Source of the DNA: a candidate division WOR-3 bacterium
GTDB lineage: Bacteria > Hydrothermota > Tepidihabitantia > Tepidihabitantales > Tepidihabitantaceae
Direction: 5' to 3'
Assembly: GCA_965648905.1 (NCBI GenBank)
Contig: CBFGIT010000041.1
Span: forward strand, 1 to 21,035
DNA length: 21,035 nucleotides
Part shown: piece by piece, positions 8,285 through 18,100 of the stretch
Position numbering within the stretch: the first letter of the stretch is position 1
Layout of the letters: every line of letters starts with the position of its first letter
The notes under the pieces: model-generated
What the model saw: the letters and a program-made list of their open reading frames with translations, nothing else
Databases searched by the model: none
What the model was told of the DNA's origin: nothing
Position numbers and translations under genes: made by a program

Positions 8285-9400
8285 TTGAAACGTCGCGCGC
8301 GCATCGTCCTCATTGTCGTCGGCGTGGTTGTGGTTCTCGCGGTGACTGTCGTCGCCAACCTCAAACGCAAGCCCGAAGGCGAGACGGTTGAGACCAGAAA
8401 AGTCGGCTATGGTTCAATCCTCGCCAAGGTCTCGGTTACGGGCGAACTCCGGGCCCAGGCCCAGGTGAATCTTCAGGCTCAGGTCATGGGTGTGGTCGAG
8501 CGCATACCGGTCAGCGAAGGCGACCACGTTAGCAAAGGTGATGTCCTGCTCCTGCTTGACCGGAGAAGCTACGAGGCAAACATGGTGTCGGCCCGGGCCA
8601 ACTATACCCAGGCGGCTTTGAGTTTCAGCCGGGTCGAGAGCCTGTACGCGGCCCGGCTCGTGTCTGACCAGGAGCGCGACGCAGCCCAGGCCGGGTACGA
8701 AATGGCCCGGGCTCAGTACGAAACCGCCCAGGACCAGTACAACAAGACCACCATCCGTGCGCCGATTTCAGGCACGGTCGCCCGGGTCAATATCAAAGAA
8801 GGTGAAACGGTTCTCATCGGCACGATGAACAACGTCGGCACGGTGCTGATGGTCATTGCCGACATGGCCCGGATGCAGGCGATGGTCGACGTCGACGAGA
8901 CCGACGTTGTCAACGTCCGTCCCGGACAGCGCTGCCGGGTTCAGGTCGATGCTCTGCCCGATACGAGTTTCAGTGGCCGGGTAACCCGGGTCGGCTACAT
9001 GCCCTCGTCCCAGAGCCTGCTGACCAGCTCTGTCAGCCAGAGCACGACCTTCGAAGTCGAAATCACTCTCGACACGACTACTTCCGCCTTGCGGCCGGGC
9101 ATGAACGTTCACGCTGACATCATCACGGCGGAAATCGACTCTGTGCTTACCGTCCCGGTCCAGTCTGCAGGCCGGCGTGAGGTTGCGGGCAAGGAGACCG
9201 AGACCGTCTTTCTGGTCAAAGACGGCAAGGCGGTCCTGATGCCAATTCGAACCGGCAAGTCGTCGGATACCGACCTCGAGGTACTTGAGGGGCTGCAACC
9301 CGGGGATGAGGTTGTGACCGGGCCCTACAAGGTCCTCGTCAAGCTGACCGACGGCCGCCGCGTCAATCCCCGGCCCGATACAACCAGGAAAGCCAACTAG
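8285..9400 (+). CDS. Periplasmic adaptor / membrane fusion protein (MacA/YknX-like)
   Basis: N-terminal anchor, lipoyl half-motifs (V.EGD.V.KGD.L; IRAPISGTV), VDETDV, LRPGM; TTG start after GGAG. Confidence 0.93.
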   Translation: MKRRARIVLIVVGVVVVLAVTVVANLKRKPEGETVETRKVGYGSILAKVSVTGELRAQAQVNLQAQVMGVVERIPVSEGDHVSKGDVLLLLDRRSYEANMVSARANYTQAALSFSRVESLYAARLVSDQERDAAQAGYEMARAQYETAQDQYNKTTIRAPISGTVARVNIKEGETVLIGTMNNVGTVLMVIADMARMQAMVDVDETDVVNVRPGQRCRVQVDALPDTSFSGRVTRVGYMPSSQSLLTSSVSQSTTFEVEITLDTTTSALRPGMNVHADIITAEIDSVLTVPVQSAGRREVAGKETETVFLVKDGKAVLMPIRTGKSSDTDLEVLEGLQPGDEVVTGPYKVLVKLTDGRRVNPRPDTTRKAN

Positions 9401-9403
9401 TAC

Positions 9404-10066
9404 TTGCTCATTCGGACCGAGGCTCTGGTCAAGTCGTATTGCACCGGTGCGGTTGAACTGCGCGCGGTGGACGGGGTCTCGCTCGAAATCGAGCAGGGCG
9501 AATACGTGGCGCTGATGGGGCCTTCTGGTTCGGGCAAGTCTACGTTGATGCATGTCCTGGGCTGTCTTGACACACCGACCTCAGGCCGGTACTGGTTTGA
9601 CGGCCGGGAAGTCAGCAAGCTCAGCGATGAGGAACTCGCGCACCTGCGTAACCGCGAAATCGGCTTTGTGTTCCAGAGCTTCAACCTGCTCGGCCGGCTC
9701 TCGGCACTGGCCAACGTCCAGTTGCCGATGGTCTACGCCGGAATCAAGCCCAGAGAGCGGCGTGAACGAGCTACGGCGATGCTCGAACTCGTCGGGCTCA
9801 AGGACCGGATGAAACACAAGCCCAATGAGCTCTCGGGTGGCGAGATGCAGCGCGTGGCGATTGCCCGGGCCCTGGCCAACCGGCCCAGAGTGCTGCTTGC
9901 CGACGAGCCAACCGGCAATCTCGACTCGCGGACCGGCGGCGACATCATGCAGTTGTTCGACGCGCTGGCCGAACAGGGGAACACCATCATCCTTGTCACC
10001 CACGACCAGAATGTCGCCGACCACGCCCGACGCACGATTCGGATGATTGACGGCCGGGTGGCGTAG
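9404..10066 (+). CDS. ABC transporter ATP-binding protein (MacB/LolD/YknY-like)
   Basis: Walker A GPSGSGKST, LSGGEMQRVAIARAL, LLADEPTGNLD, VTHD. Confidence 0.96.
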   Translation: MLIRTEALVKSYCTGAVELRAVDGVSLEIEQGEYVALMGPSGSGKSTLMHVLGCLDTPTSGRYWFDGREVSKLSDEELAHLRNREIGFVFQSFNLLGRLSALANVQLPMVYAGIKPRERRERATAMLELVGLKDRMKHKPNELSGGEMQRVAIARALANRPRVLLADEPTGNLDSRTGGDIMQLFDALAEQGNTIILVTHDQNVADHARRTIRMIDGRVA

Positions 10067-10069
10067 CCG

Positions 10070-11305
10070 ATGTTCATCGAACTGCTGCGGCTGGCGCTCG
10101 AGACATTCCAGACCCACAAGCTGCGCTCGTTTCTCACCACGCTCGGCATCATCATCGGCGTAATGACCGTCATCGCGATTGTATCACTGATTCAGGGAAT
10201 GAACTACGAGGTCGAGCGTCAGATATCGTCGCTCGGGTCCAATACCATCTACATCCAGAAAATCAACTGGGGCATGGGTAGGCTTGACTGGGATGAAATC
10301 TCGCGCCGGCCCAACCTGACCATGGATGACGCTCTCGCCATCGCCCAGTTGCCGGCGATTGCCAAGGTCGCGCCGATGCGCGGCCGGATGGTCAACCGAA
10401 TCACTTATCGCGGCAATAAGGTGACCGATGTCGAAATCAATGCCTCGACTCCGAGTCTGAGCGAAGTCGGCAGCTATCAGGTCGAGGTCGGCCGCTACAT
10501 CAGTTCCGACGACAGTCTGCGCAAACGCCAGGTCTGCGTCATTGGCGCGTACGTTGCCGACAACCTGTTTCTGACCGAGAGCCCGATGGGCAAGCGCCTT
10601 ACTCTCGATGGCAAGAGCTATACCGTGGTCGGCGTGCTCGCCCGCAAAGGCAGCTTTCTGGGCCAGACCCAGGACAATCTGATTCACGTCCCAATCACGA
10701 CGTTCGAAAAGGACTTTTCTCCTGGCCGCGGCTTCGGCGAACTCCAGTACTCGGTGACAATCCAGGCGATGCCGAAACGCGGCGTGTCGGTCGATGCGGC
10801 AATCGACCAGATTCGAGAACTGATGCGCCGACGCCACGGCCTTGGGTACAATAAGCCCGATGACTTCGGTATCAACACTCAGGACACAATCCGGGAGATA
10901 TACCGAAACATCACCCGGGTCGCGTACATCGTAATGATCGCGGTTGCGGCGATATCGCTTCTCGTTGGCGGGATTGGCATCATGAATATCATGCTCGTGG
11001 CCGTTGCTGAGCGGACCAGAGAAATCGGCCTGCGCAAAGCCCTGGGCGCAACGAACCAGGTCGTGATGTGGCAGTTTCTGCTCGAGTCTATCCTGCTCGC
11101 TGCGGCCGGGGGTGCGGTTGGCGTTCTTCTTGGTATCGGCATCGCCAAAGTCGTTGAAGTTGTCGGGCACCTGCGCGCGGCCGCGCCGGTATGGGTGATA
11201 CTGCTCGGGCTCGGGTTCTCAGCCGGGGTCGGTATTTTCTTCGGCATCTACCCGGCTTCCCGTGCTGCCCGGCTCAACCCGATTGAGGCGCTGAGGTACG
11301 AATAG
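10070..11305 (+). CDS. ABC transporter permease (MacB/FtsX, YknZ-like)
   Basis: LRSFLTTLGIIIGV, ISLLVGGIGIMNIMLV.V.ERTREIGLRKALGA, PA.RAARLNPIEALRYE. Confidence 0.96.
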   Translation: MFIELLRLALETFQTHKLRSFLTTLGIIIGVMTVIAIVSLIQGMNYEVERQISSLGSNTIYIQKINWGMGRLDWDEISRRPNLTMDDALAIAQLPAIAKVAPMRGRMVNRITYRGNKVTDVEINASTPSLSEVGSYQVEVGRYISSDDSLRKRQVCVIGAYVADNLFLTESPMGKRLTLDGKSYTVVGVLARKGSFLGQTQDNLIHVPITTFEKDFSPGRGFGELQYSVTIQAMPKRGVSVDAAIDQIRELMRRRHGLGYNKPDDFGINTQDTIREIYRNITRVAYIVMIAVAAISLLVGGIGIMNIMLVAVAERTREIGLRKALGATNQVVMWQFLLESILLAAAGGAVGVLLGIGIAKVVEVVGHLRAAAPVWVILLGLGFSAGVGIFFGIYPASRAARLNPIEALRYE

Positions 11306-11325
11306 GGAAAGGCCGGAGACTGAAG

Positions 11326-11355
11326 CGAAGGCCCGGAGTTGCCTCCGGGCCTTCG
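11326..11355. terminator. Perfect 13-bp hairpin between convergent genes, probably a shared terminator
   Basis: CGAAGGCCCGGAG-TTGC-CTCCGGGCCTTCG; GCAA tetraloop on the minus strand; U-tails are weak. Confidence 0.7.
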
Positions 11356-11371
11356 GATTCAACCTGAGCGG

Positions 11372-14300
11372 TCAGCGGAGCAGGACAGCCTTAGTGGTCT
11401 GGCTGCCGGATTCGGTTTCGAGTTTGTACAGGTAGGTGCCGTTGGCCACAGCCCGGCCGCGGTTGTCTCTGCCATTCCAAGCCGTGACATAACCGCCGGG
11501 CTCGCTGATTCCGTCAGTCAGAGTTCGAACCAGTCGTCCGCCGACGTCATAGACCGCCAGTCTCGTTCGGCCGGCAGTGGGAACCTGCCAGCAGATGGCG
11601 GCTGAGCCTCGCATCGGGTTAGGCGTTACGGTCAGAGCCAAGCGTCTGGGGATACGACTGGCCCCCAGTTCACTCTCAGCCACGCCGACGTTGGGCAGGT
11701 CAGTGGTGAACTTGATGGCTCGGCCGGCGACAACTGGTGCTGAGCCGCGATGGTAGGACCCGTCGTAGAGCGCTTGAATCGCAATCTGGACAGTCGGGTC
11801 CTGCTCGCCGACCGTGGCTGAGCTGGTCTGGTTCGCGGTCAAGTACTGGAACAGGAACTCGCAGTTGCCGTCTGATGAGGCCAGCGACGTATCATAGAGG
11901 ATTATCTGGTTCTTGTCGAAGGTGGTGCGGTTGGCGTAGTACGCGACTGAGTCCCACTCGATGATGAACCGGTGATTGGTCTGGTCATGATAGTACCAGA
12001 CTCCGTTGCCGGTGGGTGGGTAGAGGTCGTCCCAGTTGATGCAGAGCGCACCGGGAATCGTGGTCGCAGGCAGGGCGGTATTGGTGTAGGTTGACACGGT
12101 CGTATAGCCGGGTGCAACCCAGCCGTTGCCGCAGATTGAGACCTGGGTGAAGTTCTGGTTGTAGAACCGGAAGGGCCCGAACGCGCTGGGCAGGTCGATG
12201 ACCACGGTCTGGTCGTCGGAGAGAGTCAGCCGCGTGCCCAGGTTGCGGATTTCGACCCAGTCGAAGTCCGGACGTTCGGTGTAGAACGTATCGACATTGT
12301 CGTACGCCCAGTAGAGCGCCGGAGTGCGGGGGCCGTCAGGAATCGGGTCGGTTGCCCGGATTTCGCCGACCATGATGCTGAACGGCAGAGTCTGGTTCAA
12401 GCCACCCGAGGTGACAAAGAGCGTGCAGGGAATCCGGGTTTCCGGCGCCATCGCGAGCGTGCGCACCGTGAACTGATCCTGTCCGTTCAGTCCGGTGCTT
12501 TCGGCTGGAATGGTGCCGAAGGAACCGAACGAATCGGTAACGAGCATCCGGTTGTCCCCGGACTTGAGCACGGCCGTGACGTTCTGGGCATTGCCGAATC
12601 CGATGTTGCGGAGCGTGACGACCAGATTGGCAGTCTCATTCGGGTCAAGCCGGCCATTGCGGTTACCGCCCTGAACTGTGTCAAGCGCGAGCACGCTGAC
12701 AAAGGTCAGGAACGGAGCGCCGACCCGAATGTAGAGGCGCGAGTTCCAGACCGAGTCGAGGGCGTCACGGCATTGGAGGTCGAAACGAATCTGGTGACCA
12801 TTGGTGCAGGCCGGGGCGACCGAGAACCGATACCCATTCGGCCCGGTGAAGCCCGAGTCGCGCGCGCCGACGTCGCCGAAGGTCTTGACCGAGTCGAGCA
12901 CGGTGGCGAACCCGTCCGCAGTCCGGAGCTTGCCCACGAGTGACCGGGCAATCGAGTCACCGTGGTTCTTGACCCAGAGAGGCAGCTTGATGGTCTCGCC
13001 CGGGTTGACCGAGCCATCGCCGTTGCCGCCTGGAGGTGAGTCGTTGATAACGTGACGGAGATAGACCACGTAGGGCGTGCCCGAGGTCGCGGCCAGGCAC
13101 GTGCCTTCAAACGGCAGCATCGGTGTGTGGGGCGTGCCAGCAGCATGGCCGTCTGAGGCAGTAACCGAGAACTCGCCGGGTGTAGTCGGGTTGATATTCA
13201 GGGTTACGTTCCCCGAGTTGTTGGTGAATCCGACAACGTAGAACTCGCCCGGCTTCCAGGCGCACACCCGGGCGCCGGCAACCGGTGCACCGTTGACGGT
13301 GACATTGACATCGAGCGGATATGGGCCAACCGGAACGCGCGGCAAGTAGGTTACGGTTGGAGCAACAGGCATGCCGCCGGACCAGACCTGCATCGCCGGG
13401 TCACCCAGGTTCAGGTACATGTAAATATTGTCCGGATAGGGCGAGCCGGGCCAGTACTTGCCGACATAGGCATCGACGTTGCACTGAATCCAGCCGATAT
13501 CCCAGGTCGGCAGCACATAGTCGCGTACTCCGGGAATGTTGATGGTCCAGGTGTCGCACATCGAGCGGACAAGGGTCGAGCAGATGCCGTGATTGGGATA
13601 GGTGTACGACGCCTGGGTCGCGGCGAGCGAGCCGACCGCGCCGCCCGGAAACTTGCGCAGCCACGCTTCGGACAGGCAGGTCGTGTCCGAAATCGCGCCG
13701 CAGTTGCAGGCGATGTTGTAGACCATCGGCGTCAGGTCGCCGTTGGTGAGCTGATGGACATTCGAGATGTACCAGGGGCCGCCGCCCTGGAGCGCCATCG
13801 TATACCACTGGTTGTTGTCGCCATGGCCACGGTAGGTCACCACTCCACGGCCGCGGTTGATCCGGGCGGCAATCGAGTCGTTGCCCATGAACTGGCACAT
13901 CAGCGTGTCAAAGTCGTACCGGTACCACGCCATCGGATGCTGGTAGATGCCACGGACACAACCCGAGTACTTGCCCGGGTATTGCTCAGAGCAGGCAACG
14001 AGCTCGTGTCGGGTGAGCCAGTTCGCGGTCGTAGGTGGGTCCTTGGTGAACTTAAGAATCTTCTTCACCTGGTTCTCAAGGTCCTGGGGTGATGACGGTG
14101 ACAACCGGGAGAGCCCGATTTCCGGAAAGTTATCGGGCGTAGGCGGCAGCAGGTCTGAGTACCAGTAGTCGCTCATCCCGACCCCGCCCATCGGCTGCAT
14201 CGGAATCTCGCCGTACTCGCCGACCAGCAGGACCCAGCGCAGTTGTGCCGGGGTGTGCCGGTCGTACTCGGCGCGGATTGAGTCCTTGATTTCCTGGGCA

Positions 14301-15106
14301 GTCCAGCTTGGCTTGTGGATGATTCTGGTCTCGACCCCGCGTTTCTGGTGCCAGGCAATCAGCGAGTCTTTGAGCCAGGGGTGGTTCCACCAGTTGTCGT
14401 GGGCGACCACCAGATACTCGACCCCCGGGTTATCTCCGTGGTCGATAGTAACCGGCAGGTGGCGGAAGTTATCCACGTATCGGGCGTAATTCGACGCGAG
14501 CCACGCGGGCAGGCGCTTGACCGTGTACGGCCCGCCTGAGTACTTGACGTTCACCCGGAACCGGGTGTAGACCGTAAGCTGCTGCTTGGCCGGGTTGTAG
14601 TGCACGGGAAAGACCTGGACGTTGCCGATAGCAAGCTCACGCCAGATACCCGTACCCATGACCTGGGCGTCGAAATCAGGGTAGGAGCCGTCCTTGGCAT
14701 AGAACTGCTCATCAACGACGAACGGATGGTTGCTGCCTTCGGTTGCCGGGGTCTGGTAAGGGTACAGGACGATGTTGTCAAAGGTGCGTTGCTCCAAGAC
14801 CTCGACCGATACCTGAACCTGCGCGCCGTCCGGAATGCCGAGCAGGTACGAGAGCTTTGGCACCTGGGGTTTGCCGACCTCAAGTGCGGCCATCACGTCG
14901 CCCGGGATATTGACGACCTGATACGTCCGGTTGTCAACTGTGATTGGAACAGCAGTAACGCCAGGCAGCTCGACGTCGAGCACGGTCCCGGCGCTCGAAT
15001 TGCTGACGATGCGTGCGGTCGACCGGGCCTCTGGGCCGGTGCCAAGCCAGGCACCGACCGAAACGCCGGCCAGCAGCAGCGCCAGCAAGATAGTGTTGCG
15101 TTTCAT
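11372..15106 (-). CDS. Secreted C25 (gingipain-like) cysteine peptidase with propeptide, Ig-like repeats and FlgD-Ig/T9SS-type C-terminal domain
   Basis: Signal peptide; propeptide (VGKPQVP...FPVHYNP); WHQKRG, VLLVGE, SDYWY, EIGLSRL; catalytic YRGHG and IACNCG; LGDPAM; C-terminal PNP...WNGRD..G..V.NGTYLYKL...TKAVLLR. Confidence 0.9.
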   Translation of the reverse strand: MKRNTILLALLLAGVSVGAWLGTGPEARSTARIVSNSSAGTVLDVELPGVTAVPITVDNRTYQVVNIPGDVMAALEVGKPQVPKLSYLLGIPDGAQVQVSVEVLEQRTFDNIVLYPYQTPATEGSNHPFVVDEQFYAKDGSYPDFDAQVMGTGIWRELAIGNVQVFPVHYNPAKQQLTVYTRFRVNVKYSGGPYTVKRLPAWLASNYARYVDNFRHLPVTIDHGDNPGVEYLVVAHDNWWNHPWLKDSLIAWHQKRGVETRIIHKPSWTAQEIKDSIRAEYDRHTPAQLRWVLLVGEYGEIPMQPMGGVGMSDYWYSDLLPPTPDNFPEIGLSRLSPSSPQDLENQVKKILKFTKDPPTTANWLTRHELVACSEQYPGKYSGCVRGIYQHPMAWYRYDFDTLMCQFMGNDSIAARINRGRGVVTYRGHGDNNQWYTMALQGGGPWYISNVHQLTNGDLTPMVYNIACNCGAISDTTCLSEAWLRKFPGGAVGSLAATQASYTYPNHGICSTLVRSMCDTWTINIPGVRDYVLPTWDIGWIQCNVDAYVGKYWPGSPYPDNIYMYLNLGDPAMQVWSGGMPVAPTVTYLPRVPVGPYPLDVNVTVNGAPVAGARVCAWKPGEFYVVGFTNNSGNVTLNINPTTPGEFSVTASDGHAAGTPHTPMLPFEGTCLAATSGTPYVVYLRHVINDSPPGGNGDGSVNPGETIKLPLWVKNHGDSIARSLVGKLRTADGFATVLDSVKTFGDVGARDSGFTGPNGYRFSVAPACTNGHQIRFDLQCRDALDSVWNSRLYIRVGAPFLTFVSVLALDTVQGGNRNGRLDPNETANLVVTLRNIGFGNAQNVTAVLKSGDNRMLVTDSFGSFGTIPAESTGLNGQDQFTVRTLAMAPETRIPCTLFVTSGGLNQTLPFSIMVGEIRATDPIPDGPRTPALYWAYDNVDTFYTERPDFDWVEIRNLGTRLTLSDDQTVVIDLPSAFGPFRFYNQNFTQVSICGNGWVAPGYTTVSTYTNTALPATTIPGALCINWDDLYPPTGNGVWYYHDQTNHRFIIEWDSVAYYANRTTFDKNQIILYDTSLASSDGNCEFLFQYLTANQTSSATVGEQDPTVQIAIQALYDGSYHRGSAPVVAGRAIKFTTDLPNVGVAESELGASRIPRRLALTVTPNPMRGSAAICWQVPTAGRTRLAVYDVGGRLVRTLTDGISEPGGYVTAWNGRDNRGRAVANGTYLYKLETESGSQTTKAVLLR
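11706..12349. repeat. Copy 1 of a ~644 bp intragenic module shared with the S8 gene
   Basis: Aligns to 15528-16171 at a constant 3822 bp offset; a 59-nt identical run at 12114-12172 matches 15936-15994. Confidence 0.92.
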
Positions 15107-15138
15107 GCGTTCTCCATAGTTTGGTTCGTGAAAGACAA

Positions 15139-15162
15139 GGGGGCTGCCGGAAAGCAGCCCCC
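15139..15162 (-). terminator. Intrinsic terminator/attenuator-like hairpin between the S8 and C25 genes
   Basis: GGGGGCTGC-N6-GCAGCCCCC, followed on the minus strand by TTGTCTTTC. Confidence 0.6.
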
Positions 15163-15190
15163 GAAACAGACTCTTGCGAACATGCCCGGC

Positions 15191-18100
15191 TTACCGGGTC
15201 AGAACAGCCTTCCGGGAGAGATTGCCGACCGAACTGGTCAGGCGGTAGAAGTAGATGCCGGCAGCCAGTTCGCGGCCCGAGTTGTCCCGGCCGTTCCAAG
15301 CTACGCTGTAGACGCCCGGTGCGACCAGCTCGCCGCCCGAGTTCACCAGGTCGCGGACAACCCGGCCCGAGGCATCGCAGACCGACACGCGCACCCGTGC
15401 TGCGCTCGGCAGCGAGTAGTTGAGCACGACCGAGCGCGAGAACGGGTTGCGGGACGGCGCAAGCCCGAGCCGGCGGCTGCTCAAGACGTTCGCACCCTCG
15501 GCCAGGCCGGTCACGATAGTATCGGTCGTGAACTTGATTGCCCGACCCGGAAGAATCGGCATGGCCGCGCGGTGATACGCGGTGTTGTACAACACCTCAA
15601 TGGCAATCTGGACGGTCGGGTCCTGCTCGCCGACCGTGGCGGAGCTGGTCTGGTTCGCAGTCAAGTACTGGAACAGAAACTCGCAGTTGCCGTCGTAGGC
15701 AGCCAGGGTGGTGTCGTAGAGGATAATCTGGTTCTTGTCGAAGGTGGTACGGCTGGAGTAGTAGGCGACTGAATCCCACTCGATGATGAACCGGTGATTG
15801 GCCTGGTCATGGTAGTACCAGACTCCACCGCCGGTTGGCGGATACAGGTCGTCCCAGTTGATGCAGAGCGCGCCAGGCAGAGTCGTGGTCGGCAGGTTCG
15901 TGTTGCTGTAGGCGCTGCTCGTAGTGTAGCCCGGCGCAACCCAGCCGTTGCCGCAGATTGAGACCTGGGTGAAGTTCTGGTTGTAGAACCGGAACGGGCC
16001 AAACGAACTGGGCAGGTCGATGACCACGGTCTGGTCGTCAGACAGAGTCAGCCGCGTGCCCAGGTTGCGGATTTCCACCCAACTGAACCGCGGGGCCTCC
16101 GCGTACATCGAGTCTGCGTCGTCATAGGCCCAGTACAGGGCCGGGGTGCGTGGCCCGTCAGGAATCGGGTCAACTGCGGTCAACCGGCCGACCTCGATGC
16201 CGAACGGAACGTTCTGCACCGGGTACCCAAGCTGGCTGACCCGCAGGGTACACGGGATGACGAACTCGCGCGGTATTGAGGCTGAGGCCCGCACACGGAA
16301 GCGGTCGGTCAAGTTCATGACCCAACTGTCCGCCGGCACCAGGCCGTAATCACCGGTTGAATCGAGGACGGCGAGCCGCACGTCGCCCGAGACCAGGACC
16401 GCGGTCACCTGATAAGCGTTGCCCAGACCCGAGTTGACAAGCTGGACTGCGATGTCGCATTCCTCGCCCGGGTCGAGCTTGCCGTTGCCCGAGTCGAACG
16501 CGTACACCGAATCGCCCTCAAGCACGGGCCGGCCGGCCTTGAGCGCGAACCCCGAAGTCCAGAGCGAATCGAGCGTGTCGGTGATGCTCAGCTCGAACTT
16601 CATGGTGTAGCCGTTGGGAACAGAGCCGGCAACCGAGAAGTGGAAGCCGTCGTCGCCGGTGTAACCGGTGTCGCCCTCGACAATCGCGCCGATATACCTG
16701 ACCGAATCGGTAATTACGACGCAGGTGTCGGTAGTCCGCAGCCTGGCCTCAACTCCGTTTGTCGTGTAGTCACACTGGTTCTTGACCCAGACCGGCAGGT
16801 TGATGGTCTCACCCGGGTTGATAATGCCGTCGTTATTGCCGCCCGCGCTGTCGTCGATGACCGCACGATAGAACCGGACCCCGAACGGCAGCGGGGTATT
16901 CTCGATGCAGCGCATCGCATCAATCCGGCCGGTCCCATAAGTGTTGTTCTTGGGCTGAGAGCCCAGAGGCAGCACCGACATCTGCATGATGGAATCAACT
17001 TCCTCGGGCAGCAGGGTCGGGTTCTTCTCCAGCATCAGGGCGCACACGCCGGCTGCGCACGGGGTCGCCATCGAGGTTCCCGACATCTGGGTGTAGCCGC
17101 CACCCAGTCGGGTCGAAGTGATGTTCTCGCCCGGCGCCGAGATGTCCGGCTTCAAGAGCCCGGGCGGATAGGGATAGTCGTTGTAAGGTGGAATCGTGTC
17201 CCACTTCACCGGGCCCCACGACGTGAACGAGGCATAAACGTCGGCACTGGTAGTCGCGCCGATGGAAATCGAGCCGCCCACGCCGCCTGGAATCGCGGCC
17301 GGATGGTGCCACGGACTCGGCACGTTGCCCGGACAGCGGAGATTGTACGGCGGGCTCGAAGAACCCTCATTGCCCGCGGCAATGAAGTACGGCAGGCCAG
17401 CCGCGGCGACATTGGTTACACACTGACGCCAGAGTGCCTGGCGCGGGCTCCATGAACGGATAATCCAGCCAAGCGACATGGTCAAGAGATGCGCATGGTT
17501 GTCCGGCGAGAGCGGCGGCGCAACGCAGAACTGCATCGAGTTCATCACCGTGTTCTCGGCAATCGTGTCCGGGTACGGCTGGCTGATGCTGGTCTTGGTC
17601 CGCGTCGTCATGATGCGGGCATTCGGGGCCATGCCGGTAGTGTCACCGCCGGTCCCATTGCCGGCAACGGTACCGCAGGTGTGCGTGCCGTGGCCGTGCG
17701 CGTCCATCGGGTTGTTATTGTTCTGCTCGAAGTTCCAGCCGTGGTAGGGGTAGTTCGGGTCGGTCCACATGTGCCCGGCCAAATCCGGGTGGGTGTAGTC
17801 GCAGCCGGTGTCGATGTCGCCGACCACAACGCCGTTCCCAGTATATCCGTACACCAGCCAGACGCTGTCAGCCTTCACCTTGCGGACGTTCCACTCGACC
17901 GTGAAGCTGCCGTCGAGCGCGTCAGTGCTCGGATTGTTGGGCGCAAGCGCCAGGGCGTTCTCGGTTGGAATCAGGTCCCACTGGACGAACCAGACTTCAT
18001 CCCGGTTCGCAATCGCGTTGATGACTTCAGTCGTGGCTTCGCAGTAGACCGCATTGGCAATCCAGAGCGGCGTGATCGTCTTGACCTTGCCCTGGCGCGC

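Noticed and set aside
8270..11305. Amber (TAG) recoding or a polyprotein
   Set aside because: TAG falls at canonical protein ends (e.g. EALRYE*), no conserved domain has an internal TAG, and no pyl genes or suppressor tRNA are visible.
11372..15106. PorU (T9SS sortase)
   Set aside because: The gingipain-type propeptide and the chassis shared with the S8 enzyme fit a cargo protease better. An HMM search is needed to exclude PorU fully.
14600..15772. Long antisense or alternative-frame ORFs (e.g. 14600-15772, 17489-18448, 10184-11170, 18636-19316, 18529-18891)
   Set aside because: No recognisable motifs; mostly shadows of real genes, as expected in GC-rich DNA.
11706..16171. Diversity-generating retroelement template/variable repeat pair
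   Set aside because: No reverse transcriptase in the window, both copies are coding, and the mismatches are not adenine-restricted and look largely synonymous.
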